Assembly: GCF_000299365.1 (NCBI RefSeq)
Contig: NC_018655.1
Span: 1,470,001-1,502,000, forward strand
Length of the DNA stretch: 32,000 bases
Origin: Candidatus Nitrosopumilus koreensis AR1
GTDB taxonomy: Archaea; Thermoproteota; Nitrososphaeria; Nitrososphaerales; Nitrosopumilaceae
Direction of reading: 5' to 3'
The notes under the pieces were generated by a model, which saw only the letters and a program-made list of their open reading frames with translations, had not been told where the DNA came from and did no database searches. This document shows positions 8,064 through 17,589 of this stretch, one piece after another. Each line of letters opens with the position of its first letter. Positions within the stretch are counted from its first letter, which is position 1. A program made the translations under genes and the position numbers.

Positions 8064-9227
8064 TTACACACTCTGAAAAACATGAACAGCACAACTTGCA
8101 CCAGTTGCACCAAAATTATGAGTTAAACCAATCTTTGCATCTTTAACAGTTCTTGCACCAGCGTTTCCAGTTAATTGATCATACACTTCTACTACTTGTC
8201 CAACACCAGTAGCTCCAATTGGATGTCCTTTTGACTTTAGACCTCCTGAAGGATTAATTGAAATATCAGAATTTAATTTTGTTCGGCCTTCACGAACTGC
8301 TTGAACACCTTTTCCTTTTTCAAAGAAACCCAAGTCTTCAGTGTCAACAACCTCTGCAATTGTAAAACAGTCATGCACTTCTGCAAAGTCTACATCTTTT
8401 GCAGTGATACCTGCCATCTTGTATGCATCAGCTGCTGCAAGTTTTGTACTTGGAATTGTTGTCATGTGATCACGTCCTTGTAATGCAGCAGGAGAACCAC
8501 CACGACCAGAACCAATCACTTCAATATAATCACCGCCATGTTCTTTTGCAAACTTTTCTGAACATAGAATTACTGAACTTGCTCCATCTGAAAATGGACA
8601 GCAATCAAAAAGTTTTAGTGGACTTGCGACTACTGCAGAATTCATTACATCATCAATAGTAATTTTTTTCTGCATGTGAGCTTTTGGATTTAAGAAACCA
8701 TTATCATGATTCTTTACTGCAACTCTTGCAAAATCTTCTTCAGTTGTGTTAAACTCTGTCATGTAAGCTCTTGCCATTGATGCAAACAATCCTGGAAATG
8801 ATGCACCAGCCTGGCCTTCATAGAAAAAGTCTGAACAGTATGCAAAGTATGTTGTTGTCCATTCAGTTCCTGTGTGGGTTACTTTTTCAACGCCAGTAAC
8901 TAAAAGACAATCATAAAATCCTGCTGCGACATTTGCGTATGCTTCTCTAAACGATACAGAACCACTGCCACATGCAGACTCTATTGTTAATGATGGTTTG
9001 TCGGGAATTCCTAATCGGCTCATCAAGACAGGACCAATGTGTACCTGTTTGTCTGCAACCCCAAATACGTTTGAGATGTAGGATGCTTTGATATCTTTAG
9101 GTGAAATTCCTGCACTCTCTATGGCTGCAACTGATGCCTGAGTAGTGATATCTGCTATACTATCGGCTAATTTGCCATATTTGGTGCTGCCTGCGCCAAG
9201 AACACAAACCTTTTCCACAAATGTCAC
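8064..9227 (-). CDS. Thiolase family protein (acetyl-CoA C-acetyltransferase-like)
   Basis: LTIESACGSGSVSFREAY, NPSGGLKSKGHPIGATG and LTHNFGATGASCAVHVF thiolase motifs; paired with DUF35 protein. Confidence 0.88.
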   Translation of the reverse strand: MTFVEKVCVLGAGSTKYGKLADSIADITTQASVAAIESAGISPKDIKASYISNVFGVADKQVHIGPVLMSRLGIPDKPSLTIESACGSGSVSFREAYANVAAGFYDCLLVTGVEKVTHTGTEWTTTYFAYCSDFFYEGQAGASFPGLFASMARAYMTEFNTTEEDFARVAVKNHDNGFLNPKAHMQKKITIDDVMNSAVVASPLKLFDCCPFSDGASSVILCSEKFAKEHGGDYIEVIGSGRGGSPAALQGRDHMTTIPSTKLAAADAYKMAGITAKDVDFAEVHDCFTIAEVVDTEDLGFFEKGKGVQAVREGRTKLNSDISINPSGGLKSKGHPIGATGVGQVVEVYDQLTGNAGARTVKDAKIGLTHNFGATGASCAVHVFQSV

Positions 9228-9274
9228 TGACCCAAGTCCCTATAAAAATCGTATTAGTAAATTCATCATAGAAC

Positions 9275-9733
9275 ATGCCATCAAAGAAACTTCAAACTAT
9301 CCAGATCAAAAAGACTGTTGTCAGACATTCAGTAAAAACTACAAAGTCAAAAACTAGCATCTTCAAAAAAGAGATCATCCAGTATTTAGATAGTAACGGG
9401 TATCTCTCTTGGTCTTCAAAAGATAAAAAATACATGATTCTTGGAACAAATTCTCCAAAAAACGGACTTGTTCCATGTCCCCAATGCAAACTGGGAGAAT
9501 TAATGGTAATTCGTTCTAAAACAACAAGAAAAAGATTCATGGGTTGTTCTAATTTTTATGGTGGATGTAAAGCATCCTCACCTCTACTTCAAAAGGCAAA
9601 GCTTAGAGCAACAAAGAGTCCGTGTGATGTATGTAAATGGCCGATGGTAATATTTCGTTATTCACGAAAACAAAAGTGGTCAAAGCAATGCTCTAACTTT
9701 AATTGCAAAAGCAGAGTCAAGCCTTCAAAGTAG
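9275..9733 (+). CDS. Orphan protein with two topoisomerase-IA C-terminal-type zinc fingers
   Basis: CPQCKLGELMVIRSKTTRKRFMGCSNFYGGCKAS and CDVCKWPMVIFRYSRKQKWSKQCSNFNCKSRV; no topoisomerase catalytic domain in the ORF. Confidence 0.75.
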   Translation: MPSKKLQTIQIKKTVVRHSVKTTKSKTSIFKKEIIQYLDSNGYLSWSSKDKKYMILGTNSPKNGLVPCPQCKLGELMVIRSKTTRKRFMGCSNFYGGCKASSPLLQKAKLRATKSPCDVCKWPMVIFRYSRKQKWSKQCSNFNCKSRVKPSK

Positions 9734-10523
9734 GATAAACATCTGTTCTTCTGTTCTTTAGTAGTGGTAAGACTTTGCGTGTTTGTTTTACCTTTTTCAA
9801 ATCAATATCAACATATCCTATTCCTTGTTTCTTTTTCATGTCAAGTAAGACTTTGCCATAAGGATCGACTACCATACTTCTTCCACAGTAAATATTGCCA
9901 ACTTGATCAGGTGCAATGACATAGCAACCATTTTCAATTGCACGTGTTTTGTTAATTGTAATCCAATGTTCTTCTTTCATGTTTCCCTTTACCCATGCTG
10001 ATGGTGCAATTAGTATTTCAGAACCTGCTGCTGCAAGCGAGCGTGACATTTCTGGAAAACGTAGGTCATAGCAGATCATCATTCCAATTTTTCCCAACGT
10101 TGTCTTTACAGGCTTTGCAATCTTTGAGCCTGATGCCATCTTGTCTGATTCTCTAAAGCCTAATGCATCATAGAGGTGAATTTTTCGGTACGTAGAGATT
10201 ACTTTACCTGTTTTGTCAATTACAAACGAAGTGTCATAGACTCTGTCTTTTTTTCTACTCTTCTCATAAAACGAACCAACAACTTGAATATGATTTTCTT
10301 TGGCAGTAGTTGCAATTGTTTTTACAAAGTTTCCATTAATGGTTTCAGCAAGATTGGCAAGCTGTTTTGGTGTTTGAGTAGAGTTTGTATAAAACATCAT
10401 AAATTCTGGGAATGCACTCAGTGTTGCATTTTTTGAAGCTGCTTTTTTTATGTATGAAATAATTTTCTTTAGATTGGTTTCTTTGTTAGTTGATGCTTTG
10501 AACTGTACAACTGCAGCTTTCAT
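9717..10523 (-). CDS. Nitrilase-superfamily carbon-nitrogen hydrolase
   Basis: AFPEFMMF, YRKIHLYDA, GKIGMMICYDLRFPEMSR with the E-K-C catalytic triad. Confidence 0.87.
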   Translation of the reverse strand: MKAAVVQFKASTNKETNLKKIISYIKKAASKNATLSAFPEFMMFYTNSTQTPKQLANLAETINGNFVKTIATTAKENHIQVVGSFYEKSRKKDRVYDTSFVIDKTGKVISTYRKIHLYDALGFRESDKMASGSKIAKPVKTTLGKIGMMICYDLRFPEMSRSLAAAGSEILIAPSAWVKGNMKEEHWITINKTRAIENGCYVIAPDQVGNIYCGRSMVVDPYGKVLLDMKKKQGIGYVDIDLKKVKQTRKVLPLLKNRRTDVYPTLKA

Positions 10524-10563
10524 TGAGAATCATTAATCATATCACAATAAAAGGATAAACTGT

Positions 10564-10586
10564 TGGTACAATCGTAAAATGTACCA
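10564..10586. promoter_or_regulatory. Inverted repeat TGGTACA-N9-TGTACCA upstream of the nitrilase gene
   Basis: Perfect 7-bp arms, about 40 bp upstream of the start codon and just upstream of an AT-rich TATA-like stretch. Confidence 0.3.
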
Positions 10587-10693
10587 TTTTGTTATTATGC
10601 AAAGTTGCTCTACTAAAATTACACCGACCATAGTGTGTGTATGTCATCCTACGACGGGATAGAAGTTATTCCAGTCAGTTTTTTTAAAAATAA

Positions 10694-10870
10694 TTAAAGT
10701 TGGTTTCCTGCCAAAAACCAATTTTCTTTAGGATTGTCTTCAAAAACAACAATTACGTGATTCTCTTTTGTTTTTAGAATCTCAACTGCTGATTTTGTGA
10801 TTGCTTTTGCGTATTCGTCTTTTTGTTCCTGAGATCTTCCAGGATACATTGATACTGTAATCAATGGCAT
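10694..10870 (-). CDS. 4-oxalocrotonate tautomerase family protein (58 aa), absent from the supplied ORF track
   Basis: Manual translation: MPLITVSMYPGRSQEQKDEYAKAITKSAVEILKTKENHVIVVFEDNPKENWFLAGNQL-stop; Pro directly after Met, PGRS..QK and EDNP..NW.LAG are family hallmarks. Confidence 0.85.
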   Translation of the reverse strand: MPLITVSMYPGRSQEQKDEYAKAITKSAVEILKTKENHVIVVFEDNPKENWFLAGNQL

Positions 10871-10903
10871 GAAGACACAAACTAGATTCAGGAATTTATG
10901 CTT

Positions 10904-11662
10904 TCAATAATCTGGTCTGTATCCGTATCTTGTACCGTATGTGTACTCTGAACTATGTGTCTTTTTGTAGAGATATCCACTTGCAAATCCTATTGCGAAT
11001 CCTCCAATGTGTGCCATATATGCAACACCACCACCAGCAACACCAAAACCACCTATGAAGAATGGTAAGAGATTTTGGAAGACTAACCAGAATGGTAAGA
11101 ACCACTTAGCTTGAATGTGCATCATTCTCCAGAAAAATCCCAACATAAGGAATGTAGTAATTCTAACTCGTGGGAACATTGCCAAGTATGCACCAAGTAT
11201 ACCAGATATTGCTCCTGATGCACCAACTGCAGGAATAGAACTTGTTGGATCAATTACAATGTGAGCTAAACCTGCACCAATTCCCCATGCAAGATAAATT
11301 AAAAGAAATTTTGCCTTACCAAATTTTAGTTCAATATTATCGCCAAATATCCACAAAAATAACATGTTACCACCCAAGTGCATCAGGCCACCATGCATGA
11401 ACATTGAACTTAGTAACGAAAAGTAAGGAGTGTCAGGACAAGCAATTCCCGGCTGAATCATTGATGAGAAACCAGTAATGCAACTAGGAACTGCACCCCA
11501 TTCAAAAAACATGAATGCAGCATTTTGGTTTGAAAATTCCCAGAATTGACCAGTAACAGCTACTTCATAAAAGAAAATTACGACATTTAGTATAATTAAT
11601 CCAATTGTGATTTTTGGTTTGAATCCTGGTGGATGTGGGTTTTCATCTCTTAATGGTAGCAT
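10904..11662 (-). CDS. Rhomboid family intramembrane serine protease
   Basis: FMHGGLMHLGGNMLFLWIFGDNIE, VGASGAISGILGAY (GASGA serine) and AYMAHIGGFAIG (catalytic His). Confidence 0.92.
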   Translation of the reverse strand: MLPLRDENPHPPGFKPKITIGLIILNVVIFFYEVAVTGQFWEFSNQNAAFMFFEWGAVPSCITGFSSMIQPGIACPDTPYFSLLSSMFMHGGLMHLGGNMLFLWIFGDNIELKFGKAKFLLIYLAWGIGAGLAHIVIDPTSSIPAVGASGAISGILGAYLAMFPRVRITTFLMLGFFWRMMHIQAKWFLPFWLVFQNLLPFFIGGFGVAGGGVAYMAHIGGFAIGFASGYLYKKTHSSEYTYGTRYGYRPDY

Positions 11663-11738
11663 TAGTTATTTAGCTTGAATGAAATTTGTATAATAAGATT
11701 TTTTAATTAAATTATAAATTATTTGTCAAATGTTTTAA

Positions 11739-13025
11739 CTAAATTATAATTATTTTCCTTTCAACAAGATTTTCAATTATATTTAGAAATTGTTCATCAG
11801 AAATTTTTTCTTCATACCACCAACTTGCAGGAGTTTGTACCCATGCAGGGATTCTCCATTGTGATTCAGAAACTATCTCACGTGTTGGAACAGATACAAT
11901 CTGTTTCTTAAGGAGGAAATCAATTCCTTCAAGAAATTCTGAATCAGAAATTTGTTCAGTTGCCCACCAATCTGCATTTTGTTTTATCCATGCAGGAATT
12001 GTAGGTAGTTCTGGAGGCAATCCTTCATCAAAACCAGAAATTTTCAAAATACCTTGAGATTGCGGTCCAACTGTAAATGCAACATGCCAGAACCCCATCT
12101 CATCTATGCTTTGAATAAATTCTATAGGCTCATCATCAATAGTAATAGAAAATTTTTCATTTCCTGAAATTGGAGCAAATTCAAAATTAGCATATGTATC
12201 TAATGGATAACTATTGTAGCCTTTGATAGTCATTGTTGTACCAGACTCATCAAATTTTGCAGCTGAATACCATGCTCCTGAGTCATATCTAAAATCAAAA
12301 TCACCATCATTTTTCTTTACAGTTACAGGAATTACAGTAGTATCAACTGGCGCAAAGCAAGAGTAGAAACGTACTGGTTCAGAGACAGATGGATCTGGAT
12401 AGATAGTAAAATCTAGAATCTGTCCTGGTTCAATTTTTTCAATTGGCTCAATATTGTGGGCAACATCTAAGATAAACTTCTCATAACCATGAACAATAGC
12501 ATACACTTTTGGATTGTATACTGTATGATTTCCAACATTCTCAATTTTTCCAGTAACATGTCCATCATCATGAGTGATCAAAGTTTTGTCATAGATAATT
12601 TGAATTGGAATACGATCTTTTTCAGTTTTAGTGTAACTTAGTTCTGCATCTAACAATTCAGGATTTTCACCACGTATATCGGGGAATTTTATTTTAAAAG
12701 GAATGTCAGTCATTGCAGGGATTGGCACATGAACAAGTTCTTTAGTAATTTTTGTTGCATCATCAATAACAGAAATTGTGATGGTTGGAATCAACGCAAA
12801 ATCATTTTGGTTTTTGACATTTCCAACAACAGTAAAAATGCCTTGATAATCATAGTAACCAGTGTATTCATTTGTTGGAATAAAGACATCAGCAAATGCT
12901 ATCTGCGGAACAAGAAATATGGATAAAATGATTCCAAATAGAAGAGTTTTGTATGATATCTTAGAATGAATTGATGATATCTTCAAATCACGCGTTGTTT
13001 TCATAGTGCTTTTAGGCCTAAACAA
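11739..13025 (-). CDS. Secreted surface protein with two C-terminal W-rich repeats
   Basis: Signal peptide ending IAFA; C-terminal IPAWIKQNADWWATEQISDSEFLEGIDFLLKKQIV and IPAWVQTPASWWYEEKISDEQFLNIIENLVERKII. Confidence 0.75.
   Translation of the reverse strand: MFRPKSTMKTTRDLKISSIHSKISYKTLLFGIILSIFLVPQIAFADVFIPTNEYTGYYDYQGIFTVVGNVKNQNDFALIPTITISVIDDATKITKELVHVPIPAMTDIPFKIKFPDIRGENPELLDAELSYTKTEKDRIPIQIIYDKTLITHDDGHVTGKIENVGNHTVYNPKVYAIVHGYEKFILDVAHNIEPIEKIEPGQILDFTIYPDPSVSEPVRFYSCFAPVDTTVIPVTVKKNDGDFDFRYDSGAWYSAAKFDESGTTMTIKGYNSYPLDTYANFEFAPISGNEKFSITIDDEPIEFIQSIDEMGFWHVAFTVGPQSQGILKISGFDEGLPPELPTIPAWIKQNADWWATEQISDSEFLEGIDFLLKKQIVSVPTREIVSESQWRIPAWVQTPASWWYEEKISDEQFLNIIENLVERKIIII
11742..11999 (-). 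repeat. Tandem W-rich protein module (2 copies)
   Basis: Encodes two IPxW-x6-WW-x4-I-(S/D)D-x2-F units. Confidence 0.7.
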
Positions 13026-13088
13026 AGTAGTGTAATTTTCTTAATTATTCATTTAAACCGACTGGTTCGATTATCAAATCAGTGTAGA

Positions 13089-14645
13089 TTAAACACGAAT
13101 TATTCCTTTTTGAATCAAAAATTCCAATCCTTGTACGAATGTTTGATTGTCTATATGTCCTGCAGCCCACCATGCAGCATTGTTTCTAATCCAAGATGGT
13201 ATCTCTTGAGACTCTGAAGTTTCCTGTTGAGTTGGAGGAAGTATAATAATTTGATTTTTGATTAGATATTCTATTCCTTGTACGAATGTACTATCATCAA
13301 TTTGTTCTTCAGACCACCACAATGCATTGTTTCTAATCCAATCAGGAATTATAATTTCTTTTTGTGGTGTAACTCTATCAATAACAATCGGGATAGTTGT
13401 TTGTGCAAGCTCATTATTATTAAGATTATTAAAATTAAGATGCGCAATTCCTGTTACATCTTGTGGAATAAAAAATTCAACTACATTGTGTTCTTCTCTT
13501 GAATCAGTACTAATTCCATTTTGTTCAAAAATTATTCTGTTATTTTGTGTAATAGAAAATTCATAATTGGTTGAAACAGGTTTGTTTTTTAAGAAGACAT
13601 CAGTTACATCAAAAATTATTTTTGCATTTGAATTAGATTTTAGATATTCTGGTTCCCAAGATACAAGAATTCTGAATTGCCCATTTTCAGTAACTGAGCT
13701 CAAATGAGGGTAATCCTTATCAGGTTTAATTACAAAATTCATCCCATTTGCATTTGAGCCATTTTCAAGAATGTTGAGTAATTCTTTTTGATAAATAATA
13801 AAATGGACTATACGGCCGTCAGAAAAAAAATCATCTATTGTGATTACATCTTCAGAAAGTTGCACTCCATTAATGAACATAGTAAATCCAGATACAAGCA
13901 AGTCACCAAATGTTTTTGGAATAACTAGTTCTTCATGTACAACAGATGTTTGATTGATGTTTGTATAACTCCAGTCAAAAGGCATTGAATATCTAATCTC
14001 TTTTGAATCAGAATCATATTCAAAGTCAGAAATCTCATCATAATAAGTAACGACATGAATATTCTGATCTCCAAAGTTAGGATCAACAAAATCATGTCTA
14101 GAGGTCTGAGCAATAGAAATTCCTGCGTTAAAAACTAGTGGTTCTTCAAGTGTATTGGAATAACTGTCAACAGTAAGTACACTAATATCAAATTTGTATA
14201 ATCCTCCTTCGCTGAGCTTTGGACCCTTTACATGAATCATCCTACTATCCAATCCTAATAACGAACCAAAGATACTGCTTTCACTTTCTTCCTCTACAAT
14301 AATAGAATCTGTTTCTTCTGAAACAAAGTTAAAGACTAAAAATCCATTATCAGCTTTGAATTCTTGTTCAAAAAGAAACTGTTCTCCCTTTTCAGATGTT
14401 ATATGAAAAATAACGTCACGTAAAGTAATTTTAGAATCAAAATCAATTAACGAAATCGATATTTGTTGTCCATCAATTGCTTCAGGATCACCTTTTGATG
14501 AAGAAACTTCCAGAGCCACTTGCTTTCCGTTCAATTCGACTGGAGGAAATGTTTCGCTTCCTACCCCATGACCATGAACGTCAGTAAATGAAACTAAAAA
14601 CAAAGAAGAGATTAGAAGTAATACAAATAACGATGGAGATTTCAA
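13089..14645 (-). CDS. Secreted surface protein of the GHG(V/L)G family with two C-terminal W-rich repeats (paralog 1)
   Basis: ORF extends to 14738, but a TTG start at 14643-14645 gives a standard signal peptide (LKSPSLFVLLLISSLFLVSFTDVHG) and removes the overlap with the upstream small ORF. Core motif YYDEISDFEYD...MPFDW...VVHEELVIPKTF...RIVHF. Confidence 0.72.
   Translation of the reverse strand: MKSPSLFVLLLISSLFLVSFTDVHGHGVGSETFPPVELNGKQVALEVSSSKGDPEAIDGQQISISLIDFDSKITLRDVIFHITSEKGEQFLFEQEFKADNGFLVFNFVSEETDSIIVEEESESSIFGSLLGLDSRMIHVKGPKLSEGGLYKFDISVLTVDSYSNTLEEPLVFNAGISIAQTSRHDFVDPNFGDQNIHVVTYYDEISDFEYDSDSKEIRYSMPFDWSYTNINQTSVVHEELVIPKTFGDLLVSGFTMFINGVQLSEDVITIDDFFSDGRIVHFIIYQKELLNILENGSNANGMNFVIKPDKDYPHLSSVTENGQFRILVSWEPEYLKSNSNAKIIFDVTDVFLKNKPVSTNYEFSITQNNRIIFEQNGISTDSREEHNVVEFFIPQDVTGIAHLNFNNLNNNELAQTTIPIVIDRVTPQKEIIIPDWIRNNALWWSEEQIDDSTFVQGIEYLIKNQIIILPPTQQETSESQEIPSWIRNNAAWWAAGHIDNQTFVQGLEFLIQKGIIRV
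13092..13349 (-). repeat. Tandem W-rich protein module (2 copies)
   Basis: IPDWIRNNALWWSEEQIDDSTFVQGIEYLIKNQII and IPSWIRNNAAWWAAGHIDNQTFVQGLEFLIQKGIIRV. Confidence 0.75.
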
Positions 14646-14646
14646 T

Positions 14647-14853
14647 CTATGTCCACTTGTTTGGATCTTTTTTACGAATTTCTTTTCCATCAATTGTAAC
14701 TGAATCTTTTTCTTCAAAGATAGTATGCCATTTGCCATTGCTTGGGAAAATTTTATTCATCTCTTCAACTTTATCGTTAGTTGGGGGTTTGTTCATCAAT
14801 GCACCCCACTTCATGTTAGGAATTTTTGGCATGATATCATTGATGTCTTTCAT
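14647..14853 (-). CDS. Small hypothetical protein (68 aa) between the two paralogous surface-protein genes
   Basis: MKDINDIMPKIPNMKWGALMNKPPTNDKVEEMNKIFPSNGKWHTIFEEKDSVTIDGKEIRKKDPNKWT; fills the intergenic gap, co-directional. Confidence 0.5.
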   Translation of the reverse strand: MKDINDIMPKIPNMKWGALMNKPPTNDKVEEMNKIFPSNGKWHTIFEEKDSVTIDGKEIRKKDPNKWT

Positions 14854-14885
14854 ATACTATCACTTGACTGAATTTATTTAAAAAC

Positions 14886-16589
14886 TTATGATTGAATTCT
14901 CATGATTCCTTCTTTAATCAAGAATTGAATTCCTTGAATGAAAGAGCTATCATCAATTGCACCTTCTGCCCACCAACCTGCATTGTTTTTAATCCATGCT
15001 GGGATTTCATTAGAACCAGAACCTTGGCCTTGTGATGTTGGTGGAATCTTTAGAATATCTTCTTTAATCAAATATTGAATGCCCTGAACAAAGGAATTGT
15101 CATCTATTTGTCCATCAGCCCACCAACCTGCATTGTTTTTAATCCATGCAGGTATTGCAGCAGGAGGTTGTACATCAGGAGTTTTTCCTACACTAGGACC
15201 AATCTCAATTATTCCTGAACCAATTCCTGCATAAGTTTCATCATATGCTAATCCAGTACCTAAAGCTCTTACATCAATTCTGTAAGTTCCTTGAGATGGA
15301 ATGTAGATTTTTTGAACATCAATTCCTTCAGAAGCTATAATTCCAGGCATATCAGGATTATCTCCCAAGAATGTCTCTAAGATCTTATCATTTTCATCAA
15401 TAAAAGAAACAACATATCTCATATCACGAATGAGATCTCTGTTTTCATCAAAGAATGCTATTTCAAAAGGTACATCATCTCCGGCACCGTAATTTCCATC
15501 CCATGAAATATTCACAGTTGTTGGAACCTGTTCATAGTTTGTGGTGTCAACAAGATAGAATTCAGTAGAACTCTTTGAAACTTCATCAAGTGGCACTAGT
15601 TTCAAGTTCATTTCTGTGTTATCATAGTGACTTGGTCCCAATGTTTCATTGATTTTCTGCAATTCAGCTTTGGTAATTAAAAAGTGAACAATATTGGTAT
15701 CATCATATGAATAAGGATCATTTAGTAATGCACGTTGGTCAATTTCTACACCATTGACATATCCCTTGAACTGTTTACCTTCAGCGTAAGGTGCAAAGGT
15801 TTTTGGAACTCTAACTTCTTCATGAACTACTTGAACTAAATTAACATAATCAGGATTCCAATCAAATGGCATATGAAATGAAATTGAGTTATCTGATTGA
15901 TCAAACTTGAAATTATCTACATGATCATAGTATGTTTTTATAACAACTGGCACTTCAGCGTTTGCGGTTTGTATCAGAAAGTTTTGATCTTGTGCAACAC
16001 TAACATAAGTTTCATAGCTTAGAAGATTTGCTAATACAGTTCTAGGACTAGTTGCACCTTCAATATCAACTCTAATCTTATACAATCCACCATTTACAAA
16101 AATAGGACCAGTCATTGATGGTCGTGCACAAATATCTAAGTTATCATCAGTACATTCTGCGCCTTGAACAAATAATGCACCGGGAGCACTAACATGTTCA
16201 GAACCACCATAAACAGTACATTCTTCAGGTTTAGGTTCATCACAGTTAGGATTTGGCTTAATTTTTACATCCAGTCTTCCATCCAAATCATAGAAAAGAT
16301 TTCTAGCTAAAAGTTCGCCACTTTGCCATACTTCTATTCTATATGTTACTTTATCGAGATTTGTGTCAGTTAAGGTATCAAAGAATCGTACTTGCATGTT
16401 AGCTGAATCAACTTCACCTACTGTAATATCTGATGGACTCAATTGTGTACGTACTGTTACTTCCATATCACCAAAACTCAATGCTGGAGCTTGATCACCT
16501 CCTAATCCATGTCCAAACACATCAGGAACTAATGTCGGTATTGTGAAAATCCCAACAATTACAATTAGTAATGCAAACTTATGATACAA
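14886..16589 (-). CDS. Secreted surface protein of the GHG(V/L)G family with two C-terminal W-rich repeats (paralog 2)
   Basis: Signal peptide ending VPDVFG then HGLGGDQ; core [13 protein letters not shown]...HMPFDW...[12 protein letters not shown]...NIVHF; two C-terminal [13 protein letters not shown] units. Confidence 0.78.
   Translation of the reverse strand: MYHKFALLIVIVGIFTIPTLVPDVFGHGLGGDQAPALSFGDMEVTVRTQLSPSDITVGEVDSANMQVRFFDTLTDTNLDKVTYRIEVWQSGELLARNLFYDLDGRLDVKIKPNPNCDEPKPEECTVYGGSEHVSAPGALFVQGAECTDDNLDICARPSMTGPIFVNGGLYKIRVDIEGATSPRTVLANLLSYETYVSVAQDQNFLIQTANAEVPVVIKTYYDHVDNFKFDQSDNSISFHMPFDWNPDYVNLVQVVHEEVRVPKTFAPYAEGKQFKGYVNGVEIDQRALLNDPYSYDDTNIVHFLITKAELQKINETLGPSHYDNTEMNLKLVPLDEVSKSSTEFYLVDTTNYEQVPTTVNISWDGNYGAGDDVPFEIAFFDENRDLIRDMRYVVSFIDENDKILETFLGDNPDMPGIIASEGIDVQKIYIPSQGTYRIDVRALGTGLAYDETYAGIGSGIIEIGPSVGKTPDVQPPAAIPAWIKNNAGWWADGQIDDNSFVQGIQYLIKEDILKIPPTSQGQGSGSNEIPAWIKNNAGWWAEGAIDDSSFIQGIQFLIKEGIMRIQS
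14889..15155 (-). repeat. Tandem W-rich protein module (2 copies)
   Basis: [37 protein letters not shown] and [37 protein letters not shown], nearly identical. Confidence 0.8.
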
Positions 16590-16701
16590 TAATAAAACTA
16601 TGAGAAATCCATATTTAAAGATGGCACAGTATTTCTATGCGTGATAATTTTTTTTAAAAAATCAGAGTACGATTTTTATTTATCGATTTAGGACAAATAG
16701 T

Positions 16702-17526
16702 ATGAAAGTTATATTTGCGTTATTACTAATACCATTTTTGTTAACAGTTCCAGCTTTTGCTGAAACCCAAACATTACCAACTGAAAAGAATACTTTGGAT
16801 GTAAAATTAACATATGATGAAATTGAACCAGGTGTTCAAACAAAGATTGGTATAGATTTTATCAATCCACAAACTCAAAAAATTCAAGAACATATTGATT
16901 ATACGGTAGCTGTATCAAAAGATGGTGAAAATGTATTTGGACCAATTCCACTTACACACACATCTGTGGGATCTGTAAAAATTCCAATAGAGTTTAATCT
17001 TGGAGAAGGAATATACTCGATGGACTTTGAGATTGAAGGTATTTTATTTCAACCAATTCCAAAAGAATCGGTATCTTTTGACATTCTAGTAGGTGAAGCC
17101 AATGCACAACCAATTACACCAATAGAGAATGAAAAACTAGATGGTGAAAATGGAGGATGTCTTATTGCAACAGCAACATTTGGCTCTGAGATGGCACCAC
17201 AAGTACAACAACTAAGAGAACTTAGAGACAATACAATTCTAAAAACAAATTCAGGAATGGCATTCATGACAGTTTTTAATCAGTTCTATTATTCATTCTC
17301 ACCTGCTGTTGCAGACTTTGAAAGAGAGCAACCATTTTTCAAAGAAGTTATGAAAGTAACACTTACTCCAATGTTATCATCATTATCATTACTAAATCAT
17401 GTAGATATTGATTCAGAACAAGAAATGCTGGGATACGGTATCTCTGTAGTACTACTGAATCTTGGAATGTATATTGGAATTCCGGCATTTGGAATTCTAA
17501 GATTGTACCAGTTTAGAAAAAACTAG
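16702..17526 (+). CDS. Secreted membrane protein with a CFI-box-like C-terminal domain
   Basis: Signal peptide ending PAFA; GGCLIATATFGSEMAPQVQQLRELRDNTILKTNSGMAFMTVFNQFYYSFSPAVADF resembles the CFI-box domain, followed by TM segments. Confidence 0.7.
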   Translation: MKVIFALLLIPFLLTVPAFAETQTLPTEKNTLDVKLTYDEIEPGVQTKIGIDFINPQTQKIQEHIDYTVAVSKDGENVFGPIPLTHTSVGSVKIPIEFNLGEGIYSMDFEIEGILFQPIPKESVSFDILVGEANAQPITPIENEKLDGENGGCLIATATFGSEMAPQVQQLRELRDNTILKTNSGMAFMTVFNQFYYSFSPAVADFEREQPFFKEVMKVTLTPMLSSLSLLNHVDIDSEQEMLGYGISVVLLNLGMYIGIPAFGILRLYQFRKN

Positions 17527-17589
17527 TGTGTATCCATTTTCTGGAAATTCTAGTGAGGTTTTTATGTATCTGAGCAAGTAGTTTGATTA

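Noticed and set aside
11700-11740. Very AT-rich stretch as a possible integration site or origin
   Set aside because: Short and typical of intergenic composition here; no direct repeats or integrase nearby.
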